A stretch of DNA of 64,000 nucleotides from Vicugna vicugna (lineage: Eukaryota), in contig MU061056.1 of the NCBI GenBank assembly GCA_013265495.1, positions 1,881,262 to 1,945,261 on the forward strand, read 5' to 3'. A program made the translations under genes and the position numbers. Every line of letters starts with the position of its first letter. Positions within the stretch are counted from its first letter, which is position 1. The notes under the pieces are model-generated. The model was not told the origin of the DNA. It saw only the letters and a list, made by a program, of their open reading frames with translations, and made no database searches. Shown here piece by piece: positions 38,611 to 51,164 of this stretch.

Positions 38611-39740
38611 TCTTTGTCTGTAATTGAAGTATAATTGATTTAGAATAGTACATTAGTTTTAGGAATCCAACATGTGATTCAATATTTTAATAGCTTATAC
38701 TCCATTTACAGTTATTACAGAATAATGGCTGTATTTCCCTGTGCTGTGCAATATATCCTCGTAACTTATTTATTTTAAACATAGTAGTTTGTATGTCTTA
38801 ACCCCCTACCCCTAACTTGCCCTCCCATCTCCCCTCTCCCCACTGATAACCACCAGTTTGTTCTCCCTATCGGTGGGTTGTTCCTGTTTGGTTATTTTTC
38901 AGATTCCACGTATAAATGACAACATGGATGGTCTTTCTCTGTCCGACTTACTTGCCTAAGCATACTCCTCTAGGTCCTTCCCTGTTACTGCGTCAGTCCT
39001 AGACGCTTATTTGCCGGCGGTATTTTTACTACCAGTTCCATTTTACTACTAGTGATCAGTCAAATTGTCTGTTTCTTCGAGATTCAGTCTCGGCAGGTTA
39101 TGTCTTTCTAGAGGTTTGTCCCCTTCTAGGTGGNNNNNNNNNNNNNNNNNNNNNNNNNNNNNNNNNNNNNNNNNNNNNNNNNNNNNNNNNNNNNNNNNNN
39201 NNNNNNNNNNNNNNNNNNNNNNNNNNNNNNNNNNNNNNNNNNNNNNNNNNNNNNNNNNNNNCTTTTATTTCTCATTTCGTTTATTTGGATCTGCTTTCTT
39301 TTCTTCTTGACGAGCCTGGCCAAAGGTTTATCAAATTTATTTATCTTTTCAAAAAGCCAGCTCTTGGTTTTATTGATCTTTTCTATTCGGTGGGGGGGGT
39401 ATCTCTGTTTTATTTATTTCCTCTGTGATCTTTATCATTCCCTTCCTTCCGCTGACTCTGGGCTTGGCTTGTTCTTCCTTTCCTACTTCCTTCAGGTGGG
39501 AGGTTAGGCTGTTTATGTGAGATGTTTCCTGCATCTTGCGGGAAGCCTGGGCTGCTGTGAACGTCCCTGCGAGAACCGCTTTTGCTGCCTCTCGCAGAGT
39601 TGGGAGAGTTGTGTTTCTGTTTCATTTGTCTCAAGGTATTTTCTGATTTCCTCTTTGATGTCTTCATTGCCTCTTTTTTCTTTTTTAGTAGCATATTGTT
39701 TAGCCTCCATTTGTTTATGCTTTTCCCTTTTTCTTTTATG
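38611..39740 (-). mobile_element. L1 with 3' end joined directly to the ORF2 N-terminal region (internally deleted or composite)
   Basis: 38611-38990 is an L1 3' end (taattgaagtataattgattta; tttccctgtgctgtgcaatatatcctcg; tctaggtcc). 38990-39740 is post-endonuclease ORF2: the minus frame reads GNEDIKEEIRKYLETNE, compared with L1 ORF2 NEEIKEEIKKYLETNE. Confidence 0.85.
39134..39261. other. Assembly gap (128 N)
   Basis: Run of n inside the L1. Confidence 0.99.
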
Positions 39741-40824
39741 TTAAGCTAAAATTGTTAGAGTTATTATAGCACTAATCCTAAGTCTGCGTGGTATCTGAGA
39801 AGTAAGAAATAATGAGAAGCATATGATCTTTGTGTCCTTAAGACTTAGGTAGAGGAATTCTATTTTGTTTTTAGTAATTATTTGTTTACAGATACAAAAA
39901 AATAAAAGAGCATTTAATAACTCTAGGAATTAGAGAAATACATAAAGGAAAATACTTGGCACAGTGTATATATATATAAAAAGAAAACCAACACTTTTTA
40001 AACCAAGTTTATACAATTTTTTATCTTTTTAATATAGGATTCTGTTAGTTTTCACCAGCTTCCCTGCATGTTTTATTGTTGAAATAAAATCTTATTTTTG
40101 TTCCCCAATGACCTTATTTTTAAATTTTAAAATAACTTTTCCAACATTTCATTTTATATTGCTTATAATATTTATTGCTGTAATTAATATGGCTGAGATA
40201 TGTTCTCATATGTTCATAATTTGATAAAAATAACAACTTTTATATGCTGAAATCTTTCACATTTTACCAAACTCAAATATGAGTGTATCTTTAAAATTTG
40301 AGGAAGTTCTCAAATCATCATTGATTTATGAGAACATTTTTAAGAATCCTCTATTTTGCCAATGCAAAAAAATATTTTGACATTTTAGATGAATCAAATT
40401 TAAATATAGCTTAACTTAAACTTCGAATTTAATTGATCAACTTTGTCCAGTAGGAATCATAATTAACTGATGGAAAAATATGCCATTTATTACTTTTCCT
40501 GGTTTTCATCTTTCAAAAACTTAAAAGAATCTAAGGAAACTAAATTTTGGCTTAAGATGTATTACAATAATGTTGCCATTAGATATTAGTATGTTCTTTC
40601 AGATATCATATACAGATGGTCCACGGTGTATCACTGACCAAACTAAATGTTGAGCAGTTCCAATATGTATATTTGTTATTTGTTTCCCATTCAAGATATA
40701 TATATCCAGTTCCCAACAGACAAATCCAGAGATTTAAAATTTTAGTCTCTACTTGAAACTGACTCTCTTGCAATATCCTCTTGAAGTCTCCTAGTCCCTT
40801 GAGTCCTCTTTTCCCTTCAGTGCA

Positions 40825-40900
40825 ATTCAATAAATTCAATTCCACAAGCATTAATTGGACTTCTGCTCTCTGTAAAGCACTCAGTGTGAAGCACAGCAAA
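40825..40900 (-). mobile_element. L2 3' tail fragment
   Basis: caattcaataaattcaattccacaagcattaattggacttctgctctctgtaaagcac resembles antisense L2 tail attcaattcaacaaacatttattgagcacctactatgtgccaggcac. Confidence 0.55.
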
Positions 40901-42828
40901 GAATAAGCTTTAGTTCTTCTCCTGCAATATTTCAGCACAGAAGAGATGTGTTCCCTTCCTTATCCCTGGAGAACCAAAGCTGCCAGTGGTGTCACTGGGG
41001 ACAGAATTATAACATCTGGGTGTTGCCGGGTTTTTTTTTTTTTATTCCCTTTCAAGAGGCAGATCACCTCGCTGAGTGTGCATCTATTTCTGCCTGAGTT
41101 TTTGTGCACCCGCCCATGTATACACACACACTCGTCTCATCAGATGCTTCAAGGCAAGTAGGCTTTTCTTTTTTTAATGTTCTTTCAAATAATTGCCTTC
41201 TTATAGTTCACTAGATATTTCTCACTTCTGTGGTCAAGAAGATTCATTCAAAACACTCTCTTCACACATCAGCACAATGAAAAGTCACTTTCACTAGTTT
41301 GGAAAAACAACCAGTGAAACCTTCTGTATATGATGACAAGTTGGAAAAAAGAAAAAGAGGAGTGAAAATTAAAGGCATCAGATGCCCTCAAATCAATGCT
41401 AGAGTTGACATTTTTACAGCCTGATGATTAAGACATTTTCTATATTATCATTATTGCTCAGTAGAGTGGTAGAAAACCAATTTGAAAAAATTTGCGATGA
41501 CAGTATCATATTTGCCCACATTTTAATTTAGCATATAAATGCACACTGCCAGCAGAATCTTTTATGTCCCATTTAGTAGGATGCAGCTCTGTGGACATTC
41601 ATTTGAAGGACAGTGTTTGATTCTGGTAATATTTCCAAGTGGTGGAGAGGTAGTATGAGATGACTGCGCTACGCTGGTTCAGGGAGGGGTGCTCCTCCAG
41701 GAGAACTAGGCAACAGCGGCCGTGTGAGTGTGCAATTCAGGCTGGAGCCTGAGTTTGAAGAACAAAGAGAAGACCAGGGATGCTAAAACACACCTTCCCG
41801 ATCACAACAAGGACAGGAAGAATTTGACACTGTTTCCCCCTCCAGTCACAGCCCTTCTATAACCAAGAAACTTGCTGTGGTGAGGGGTCACCCATATATT
41901 CTCCCTCTGTGCCAAAAGTATATAAGTCTGTCTGTAATGATGCATCAAAATTGCGAGATGGGTCAGAATCCCATGGCTGAAGTGACCTGGTGAGTTTATT
42001 CATTGAGTGACCATGTCTGCTGTGGATGCCATTCTAGTAAGAATCTGGAAACAAATTTTAGAATTCCTTTGCTGCCAGGAAAGAAAAAAAGAAAAAAAAA
42101 AAAAACCTCTTTAGCATTTCCCCTGGGGCCACCCAGAACGTGATCCGCTTTTGAGGCGGAATTCAATATTTGCTCTCCCAAATGAAAGGAAAGAATCAGT
42201 GTTAGCCAAAACAGCTCTTTACACGAGCCTCTCATCCCATCTACAGGAATTCTTTTGGAGATTTCCTATGGAATTTACCCATTACATGGTGAGAGTCTAC
42301 AAGCTTTCTGGTCTTTCTCCCACGGTATATGGGCTCTATATGATTTGCAGATAGTTACCAAAAATACTCACAGCTGAAAGCTCCTTACACACCCCTCACG
42401 TCAGCACACACATTTACACTCTCTTTCCAGCTGCCCGCTATATTTAAAATCATAGACTTTCACCACAATGTTTTCCCACTTTGGGATCTTGTTTAGTGTA
42501 AAGTCATGAATTGAAATATAAAATACCACCCAAAATACTGGTTGCATCAGAGCCATCCAATTATTATTATGTAGTGAATTTTTATGTTTCCGTCAGGTTT
42601 TCACATCCTTCACTGCCCAGAGCAAACTGCACAAGGCTCATTGTGGCAGTTCTTCCCCCTGTTGCTCTGGTGGGAATTCGCACTCATATGGTTTAGATAA
42701 CATGTAACAAAGAAGCACACCACGGGGCGGGGTAGTTTTAATCAAATTTGAGCCATAGGCTGCCAGACAGAAACGTATGTCTTGGCATAAAAATCTGTAA
42801 GTCCTTATGTTCTAGATAAAGAGGTAAA

Positions 42829-42894
42829 TGTGAGTGTGTGTGAGTGCGTGTATGTGTTTGTACACACACACAGACACACTCACACACGCATACA
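42829..42894. repeat. (TG)n/(CA)n inverted microsatellite
   Basis: 33-nt TG-rich arm abuts a 33-nt CA-rich arm around a central gtac; 26/33 positions complementary by manual alignment. Confidence 0.9.
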
Positions 42895-43164
42895 TTTAAT
42901 TTGAACATGCTGTCATTTCTTAAAGTCCCAGATGTCTCATTTCTTCCTTCATTTTTGACACTTCAGATCTGCTTGATGCTTGAGGACTAACCTTGATTGT
43001 ATGGCCACGTTTTAAACTCACTCTTCAGTGTGAAAGAGAACGGTTTCCTGTGTGTCATCACTAAAAATTGAATAGAGTCTAATGTCAAGATCAAGTATGG
43101 CCCCAAAAAGGGAAAAAAAAAAAAACAGAAAAGGCAAAAAATTGTTAAAAATAGTAAAAAGTGA

Positions 43165-43637
43165 TCCCCAAGTGTAGCCATCCTCAGTTTCTGTCAATGT
43201 CCTTGGCCTCCAAGGCCCAACATGGTGGCCCCGTAGTGCAGTCTCCCGCTCTCCATCGCTGCCTCACTGGCCTCCTGGTCATGGACCACAACACCCAGCA
43301 TGCTCCGCTGCAGAGCCCCGCCCCCAGGAGCTTTTATGGCTGCCTCCCTCACTTCATCCAAGTCCCTGCTTGACTGCCACTCCCTTGTCCGCCACATGTA
43401 AAATAGTACACTCGCCCATGTCTCCTCGATCCATTTGCCTTGCCTTATCACGTGTATTGGTCCTCGAATAACATATATATATATTTTTTTTAGTATTGAC
43501 TGATGGTTTCCTTCACCTGCATGTAAGCTCCATTAGAGCAAGAACTAAGTCTGCTTTCTTTACAGTATAAATACCAAATATCTGGAATAAAGCCAGGCAC
43601 ATAGTAAGTGCCTAGTACATACGTGTTAAGCAAATGA
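43165..43637 (+). mobile_element. L2 LINE remnant (3' region)
   Basis: gctgcctccctcacttcatccaagtccctgct; catgtaagctccattagagcaagaactaagtctgc; gccaggcacatagtaagtgcctagtacatacgtgttaagcaaatga. Confidence 0.85.
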
Positions 43638-43756
43638 TGGGCAGTATCCATTCACGCACTGCAGCCCGCTGGGGAAATCTAACCTGAACCCCTGAGGTGG
43701 TCTCGTGTGAGAGCTCTCAGTTCAGAAGAATTTCTTAACTTTAAACATGCAAAGGA

Positions 43757-43975
43757 CAGTAATAATATTTATCATGTACTACGTGCTCACCATGTCACAG
43801 ATAATGTGCTAAGTATTTATTATTTATTTCCTTCCCCTAATCCTCAAAAGAAAACTCTCTGGGATTACTTCCTCTTTTGAGATAAGAGACCAGGCGTGCG
43901 GGCTTCACAGTTAATAAGTGACGAAGCAGAGATAAACATCTCACGGCTTCCCCAGGCAGCACGCACTGTGGGCCC
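43757..43975 (-). mobile_element. MIR SINE
   Basis: aataatatttatcatgtactacgtgctcaccatgtcacagataatgtgctaagtatt; aatcctca; tcctcttttgagataagagac; ttcacagttaataagtgacgaagcagag. Confidence 0.8.
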
Positions 43976-46129
43976 TTAAGTTTCAAGGTCCAAACTCGAA
44001 CACCCATATTGAGAATGGGGGCTGCAGGTTAGAAACTGTTCCACAGCCTCCTTGCTTTCTTTTGTCAACACATCTGATGGCGATCTGGGTACAGATGGAT
44101 ATTCTTCTGCCATTAAAAAAAAGCAGTCATGAATCCATGATGATGCTTCAAAGGAGGGGTTCATCAGGGAGCAGGGAGGACACTCCCCTTGGAGCACGTG
44201 TACATCCTAAAAAGAGAAGCCACCGTGTGGACCCAGCCAGTTGTTGCCACGAAGAAATAGATTCAGCGTTGTTGGATCTTCTACTTCCTCAAAAGACACT
44301 AGAAATTCCCATTTTAAAGTGAAATTTCCCAACATTTTAAATGTTAGCCACACACCGTCGAGCACTGGAGACCATACGAGTCGTAACCATAGGCGATGCT
44401 CCAGCCACAGACACGCTGCTCGTCAGTCCTGACCCACGGTCTACGCCGGGCGTTACACTTGAGGGTCGAGAAGCGGGTCGGGGGAGAGCAGAGAGGATGA
44501 AGTAAGAGACGACACAGAGATACCTCGTAAAGGAAGGAAAAACTAACCCAAGGCAATGCCGCTGCCGTTTGAGATAATTAACCCCATAAACTTCCAGGAA
44601 AAGGGGAATTGCTCCCACCTGGGGCAGTCAGAGAAGGAATCACAGAACAAGTGGAATCTGAGCAGACTCTGAAAGCTGCTTTGTGTAAAGAGATACTTCC
44701 TACACCGAAGCAGAAAGGTATTGACATCAGTGTTGCGAGGTTTGGATGGGAATGAATTCCATGTAATGTTCTGGAAAGCATGAGGCACTGTACGTACGCA
44801 TTAAAATAAGTGTTTTTCTTCATTACAATTAGAACTGACATCTCATAAAATAATTTATATGAAATCAAATTCTTGCACAGAATGGCCCTGTGACCATCTT
44901 GTAATGATAGCATGTATTTTCAGGTCCTTAATTTTAACTACATTTTAGGACTAGGGCATTAAGCCATGGAAGTTGTGTTTTTAAATAAAATCATTGTATG
45001 TTTATATTTTATACCTGGGGGTGAAAGAGATTGTATTTTCCTTATTCCTTCCTTCCTTTGATTTATTTCTAGGTTTTGTGCTTTAAAAAAAAATCAATTG
45101 ATTCTCATTTTGCTGGTGACATGTAGGGAGCTTTGAAAATTCAGTGTGCCCATATTTTTGAAAGTTATTTCCAGCGGTTAGGAGCTGACCTGAAATGTCC
45201 AGAAATGGTAGTTTCTCCCTTTCTCCCTGGCTTTCAGTAACCTTCCTATCCCCAGTCTGCTGAAAGTTTTTGGTTTGTGGCTTTTAAAGTGACGTTAGGG
45301 CCCATATTTCTGCATGTGAGCAGATCTGTCCACCCACATAGCCCGACTACACTGTGCTCGTGCAATTATAAATTAAATAATAATTAATTTTAAAATATTT
45401 AAATTTAATATTTACATTCCATATTGGGCAATATATTTTGAAGACAGCCATTTTCTGATGGATGTTTTTAATTTTCAGAGCTCTGATATAAGGAATAATA
45501 AAACTGACATTTCAGACCATTCTGAATTTAGGAACATAAATAGGAAATTTCAGGGCCTCGTTTTCAAGAATAGATGCTAACAGGGTAAACAGAATTAAAC
45601 CTGTCATTATGCAAAAATGCTTTGTGCCCTGCACATGATGTTTTAATATGCATTTTATGGGATTTGCAGAGAGTTTAATTTTTCAGGTTAGAGTAAAAAG
45701 AGTGTTTACCTGGTGTGGGTGATAAATTAGGCTATCACAGTTATGTGTATGACCCTTAAAAGGTGAGCAAAGTAAATACACCTCAAAGACAGAGCTATTA
45801 ACCTTAAAGTGGATCACAGATTTGATATGTGGGAAAATGTGCAGGAGAGGTGTAGAGGTTTTTAGTAAGACTCCCACTGTTTGGTTACCAGTATGAGATT
45901 ATTTGATCAAAACACGTGTAGGCTAGCTCCATAGAGTATGCAGAAAAGGTTTATCTCGTTGCTTTTCCAGCTTGATTCCTGCCTTTCCTTCCTGAATCCA
46001 TTGCCTACTCTCTTACCACTAATTCCTAGAAGACTGATTTCAACTAAGTTATGATCTTTCAAATGGCTGTTTTCCCTACACACCTTATCAGTTCCCACTT
46101 ATGAATCTTTGCTTCTCCCATTGAGACTG

Positions 46130-46310
46130 TGAACAATGGAGTGAGTCAGACATGAGTTTAAACTATGGTTCTGCTCTCTATAGTCTGCATCATTGTGCAA
46201 GTTATTTGCTCTCTGAGCCTCCGTATCCTTATTCAGGAAATAAACGTGATAGACAGTTATCTCAGGGACGAAATCAGGTGGGTCGCTGTTCATAATGGCA
46301 GATACAGAAT
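46130..46310 (+). mobile_element. MIR SINE
   Basis: ggagtgagtcagacatgagtttaaactatggttctgctct; gtgcaagttatttgctctctgagcctccgtatccttattcaggaaataaacgtgata. Confidence 0.8.
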
Positions 46311-47369
46311 TCACATCAGAGCTCATTAAAGGTGATACCTTCTTCAGTGATGCAGCTCAAAACTTCCATTATCAAAGGCCTGTTAGGGACTCCACCTGAC
46401 CACCGGAACACAGGCTGTCATGGACAAAGCGTCCCACCACCCTGCGACAATCAGAAGCATTCAGTACTCAGCCCGTCTAGGTCAGCTTGGGAAAATCTTC
46501 GAAATTCCCTAGATCCCGCCATCCCATCAGACAACTTAGGGGGCAGACTCTGAGGCCTCTTTCAAGCCACAAAGTCCTCCGACTCCACTCCAGTCAGTCT
46601 GCTTGTACCTTTCAGCACAGCGGGGGAAACGTTCCCGTGTTAGGCTACGTTCGTTTGCACATCACCTAAGAATGATTTTCAGGTTTTAAAAAGCAGTGTT
46701 ATGCAATGAACAAGGGGATGCCTTCTCAACCTTTGGGGGCTAAAAACGAGGCATTTGAGGGCAAAGAAGGAGAAAGTAGGTGCTCAGTAAAAGGTTACTG
46801 ACAAGAAGTCTCCCCTTCCAGTTAATGGCATTCACCTGCTCGATGCCACATTTCCGCACGCAGCACGTTTCCTAGACTTAATTTCTTTGAGTCTACTACT
46901 GAATTTTGATATTCTCTGTATGACGACACAGTATTTTATGTGAATATACCCATTGGAATTTTATTAAACTTCTTACATTTATTGTTAAATAACAGGCATT
47001 AGTTTTTTTTTGAACAAATATATACAAAAGAAAATCAGAAAATCTTATGATTATATTATTCATATAACATTTGCTGTTATTTGTTAAAGAAAAGAAAACA
47101 CAGATTGGGTAGAAGCGTGTAACACTTAGAGGTGACACCTCTCTCTCCTCAGTTATTTTACCCCAAATTGGTCATTTTACCAGCTTCGTGTTTGAGGCAG
47201 AAGGTTGATGTGTGTACCAGCTGCGTGCACACATCTTCTTTTTAAATTTACACTGAACACCATACTGTATAAAGGCTCTCTCCATTTTTACTTTTTTTTT
47301 ATCAAGGAGGCCTTACATTTATTATGATCCTTTGCAACAACTTGCTAGAAACTTCATTAAACCCTCTTA

Positions 47370-47960
47370 GTTTTTATATTCCTGTGTGTTAAACATACAC
47401 ACAGAAAACTGCGTACACGTGATGTACACAGATGAACAGTCCAGTGAATTACCACAAAGCAAAAACCCTCATAACCACCACCCCCTCGAGTCGCAGAAGA
47501 ACATTGCCAATTTCCCAAAGTCTCCCCCCAGCCACTGCACCCACCGTCCTCCCCAGAGTAAGCAACATTCTTCTAAAATGGTAGCTTAGTTTTCCCTGCT
47601 TGTAAACTTAATACAAATGAAATCACATGAGAGAACTTCCTTCACGTACCATGTGAGAGCCTTCCGTGTTGTTGCAGATAGCTGCAGTTTATTCATTTCT
47701 GGTGCTAAATCCCCACAGTTTATTTATCCATTCCACTGTTGAAGGATGTTTGGTGGTCTCAAGTTTCTAGCCATTGCGCATAATGCCGCCGTGGACCTTC
47801 TTGGACTTGACTCCATGCACGCGCCGGCTGGGAGCATGCTCAGGAGGAAAGCCCGTGGGTCACAGCTCTAGATCGGCACTGTCTAGTAGAAATAGCTCAC
47901 TTTTTACTCTTAATACTGCTTCTTGGAAATACTTCCTCACAAGCCATGCAAAACCACGTG
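47370..47960 (-). mobile_element. Old L1 (L1MC/ME-type) 3' end fragment
   Basis: ccagtgaattaccacaaagcaaaaaccctcataaccaccacc; ttagttttccctgcttgtaaacttaatacaaatgaaatcac; tttatttatccattccactgttgaaggatgtttgg. Confidence 0.8.
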
Positions 47961-48189
47961 ACTTTTAAAAAGTGACTCCGCTTTATTCCATTATTTCGCA
48001 ATTTGCATTCCAACAACCTGTGAATAGACCCCCGAGTTGTTTCCATTGTTTGCTAGAATGAACAATGCTGCAGGGAACATAGTTTTGTTTCCATCTTGGC
48101 AAACTTCAGGAGTATACCCTCCGCTCTGTGATTGGGATCAAAAGGGATGTGAATTTGTTGACGACTTATTTTATTTAAAAAGATTCTTT

Positions 48190-48320
48190 ATGAGCATTTT
48201 TCATCTTCAACCCTCTCAAAAAATCACTGCCCGTTTTACTGAGGAGAAAGTGGGGGACTCCAGTAAGAACGCTTGGTTCGTGAGTGTGGAGTCAAACTGA
48301 GAACTTACACCTCCCTGCAT
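48190..48320 (-). mobile_element. MIR SINE fragment
   Basis: catcttcaaccctctc; cccgttttactgaggagaaagtggggga (antisense core cccattttacagatgaggaaactgagg). Confidence 0.6.
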
Positions 48321-49269
48321 TCTTTCTGTCACCTCCAGCTGAATTTTCTATGCATTCCAAAGAGAAGGTCATTTGGAAAATTGAGCATCTTCAACAAATG
48401 GATTAAGTGGTGGTTGATCAACCTTTGAAAAACTACACAGAAAAGAGATACAAAGAAAGACACGCTGGGCTTTTTTTTTCTCCCTACAGACTGACCTCTT
48501 CAGAGTTACAGTAAAGACGAGCTTTTCTCTTTCCTTGTTTACCAGGTTCTGTGAGGGAGAATAAAGGGAAAGATATTCCTGTTGATGAAAATGATGACAG
48601 ATAAAATGTGTTTGAAAGCTATAAACGCTTCTTACATCTGGAGCAGCTGGCAGCCCGGGATTGGACTCTGAGGGGAGTTCATAGATATCTAATTTGAGCA
48701 ACGGTTAAAAGTAAACTTGGGAACAGCTGATTCAGTGCGGTTATCTCTGGCTCTGGGAAGTTTTTGTGATGTTCCGAGCCTGGCACATAAAAACCCACAT
48801 GGCACATATTTGCTGAGTCTAATATTCACATGAAAATGAACAGGGATGATTTATAGGAATATATTAGACCCAGCTGTTCTTAGAGAAACCAGGATATAAC
48901 ACGCTTTAGCAGGTCATGAGCCACTCAAACGGGTAGAAAAGACTGGCTAATGTTTCAATAATTATGTATATTAAAATACACAAATATCAGACAAACACCA
49001 GTGGCACAGAAATCAGCCAGATTAGAGAAATCGTTAGTCATTCGGCACATATATATATGGCCCACCTCAAGTAAGACATTTTGCTGAAACCCAAAAAGGA
49101 CAGTCTTGGTACTTCCACTGTATTTCAGGATCGCACACCAGAGGTACTGTCTCCAAAATGAAGCAACTTTGTACCACAAGTGAAAACAAGAGATGGGGGT
49201 GGACCAAGGCCAGGTATCAAGGTCACTGAGCCACAAAGCAGTCTTTTGGAAAGCTGTGACCTAGGCTGT

Positions 49270-49440
49270 AGTGAGTGATCCTGAGCACTGAAGGCCCACA
49301 AAGTGCTTTACATACTTTGTTCATTATTCATCATAAGCTTGTAATTTTCTGATTTACAGACAACAGGACCAACCCTAATGGTTGAACCTGATCCTAGACA
49401 CAGAGCTAAATTTGGACCCAGGGCTGTTTCCTACTCTTTC
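49270..49440 (-). mobile_element. MIR SINE fragment
   Basis: gagcactgaaggcccacaaagtgctttacatactttgttcattattcatc; ctgatttacagacaac; gctaaatttggacccagggctg. Confidence 0.6.
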
Positions 49441-49734
49441 CATTGAAATATAGAGAAATTGGCATTCGTTGGGGTCCCTATTAGGATCTCAGGAGAATAA
49501 GGCATTTTAGACAGTTAGAAGGCAGAATTAGAATAGCTTATCATGAATCCGGGCGGAGGTAGAGACAAGCGAAGCCAGGAAGCTGCGGGTGTGAACATAA
49601 CGTATTTGATTCTACTGCATTTATCAATTTGGGCTAAGAAGGAAAAGGACCCTGTTATGTTTTGAGGTTTGCAATGATCTTCCGCGTGTTTCCAGCACTT
49701 TCCCTGGGATGCGGGAAGAATGTATTAGTTAATG

Positions 49735-50330
49735 TATTTTACAAATATTTGTGAAGCACACGCACTTGGTCCTCAGTATTGCAGGTTTGCTGTGAAGTAT
49801 CGAAGGGAAGAGAGGCATCGTCCTTAGGGAAAAGGTATTTTAATGGCGCTTTGAGAGAAGCCAAATCAGTACGCCATGAGGCGGCGTGTCCATGGTGTAA
49901 GAGCGATTCAAATGGAAACAAAGGAGAGGCAGTAACTGGTCTGAACCTGAAAATATATATGGGACGTGTTCTATCGAAAGGCTAGTGGATGGNNNNNNNN
50001 NNNNNNNNNNNNNNNNNNNNNNNNNNNNNNNNNNNNNNNNNNNNNNNNNNNNNNNNNNNNNNNNNNNNNNNNNNNNNNNNNNNNNNNNNNNNNNNNNNNN
50101 NNNNNNNNNNNNNNNNNNNNNNAGAGAACACAGGAGAAGAAAGAAAACGTGGAAGAAAGACTGTGAAGGACAGGCAGGTGGTTCTGGGAGCCACAGCTCG
50201 TCCAGTGTGTATCACAGGAAAAGGCTCGGGTTAAAAATAAGAATGAGGGTGTACAATCTTGAACTACAGGCTAAGATGTTATTAAGATCTCTACTCAGCA
50301 AGAGGGAGTCATGAAGCTCGAAGAAAATGC
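49735..50330 (-). mobile_element. L2 LINE remnant (antisense), interrupted by gap
   Basis: acaaatatttgtgaagcacacgcacttggtcctcagtattgcagg, followed by purine-rich antisense L2-like sequence. Confidence 0.5.
49993..50122. other. Assembly gap (130 N)
   Basis: Run of n. Confidence 0.99.
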
Positions 50331-50389
50331 CAGTGCAGCCAGTGTGGTTTTACAGATTAGATCAAGTTTATTTCTCAGTTAAAATTCTT

Positions 50390-50800
50390 TGGTAGTTTCT
50401 CCTTGGTGTTAGAATAAAGTTGAAAACCCACATCAGGACCCTCGCAGTCTTACATCGTCTGATTTCCACCTCGCTCTCCAGTAATAACGCATGACTCTGT
50501 GCCCCTCCCTCCTCAGGGCTTAGCATATTGTTCCCTCTGAGCGACTGTCTCTACCTCTTCACTTGACTCTCTCCGCTTCTCTCCCCCTCAAATCTCATCT
50601 TATACATCACTTTCTCATGAAGAGACCCTTCTCTAAGATTCTAGGCAGGATGAGTTTCCCCAGCTGCACGCTTTGTGGCAAACTGTCTTTTCCAACACCA
50701 AATCACAACTGTCATTCTGTAGATAGTTGAGTCACTACTTATTTAACACCTGTATCCAAAGTTAAATGGTAAATTCCGTGAAAGCAGGGACCATGTAGAG
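50390..50800 (+). mobile_element. L2 LINE remnant (sense)
   Basis: tctccttggtgttagaataaagttgaaaacc; cttagcatattgttccctctg; atacatcactttctcatgaagagacccttct; aattccgtgaaagcagggaccatg. Confidence 0.75.
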
Positions 50801-51164
50801 CCCTCAGATCTAACACACACACACACGAAGAGTAAGACATTAATCGGTTTGAGACTATGAATTGTTAGAGATGATTTAATTGGTGTAAAGATGAGAGGTG
50901 AAAAGACAAGGACATTTTTGAAATATCCGGAAAAGAGTTATTGACGATGTGGTACAAACAGAAAATGAGAGGCCTGTGTAAGAGGTATTTGTAGAGCAGG
51001 AGCAGCAGATCTTGGAGATTTACTGGAGGGCTTATACCTAAGTAATTTAAGAGGACTCCTAGAAAATATTTAGCCATTTCATTATTTTCACTGATTTGGA
51101 AACAATTTGTTCTCAGGTCTATTACAATATCTTTCAATATTTCATTCACTTTTCTCTCCATATT

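Noticed and set aside
39410-39710. Minus-strand ORFs resembling L1 ORF2
   Set aside because: Frameshifted fragments of a dead L1, not a functional CDS.
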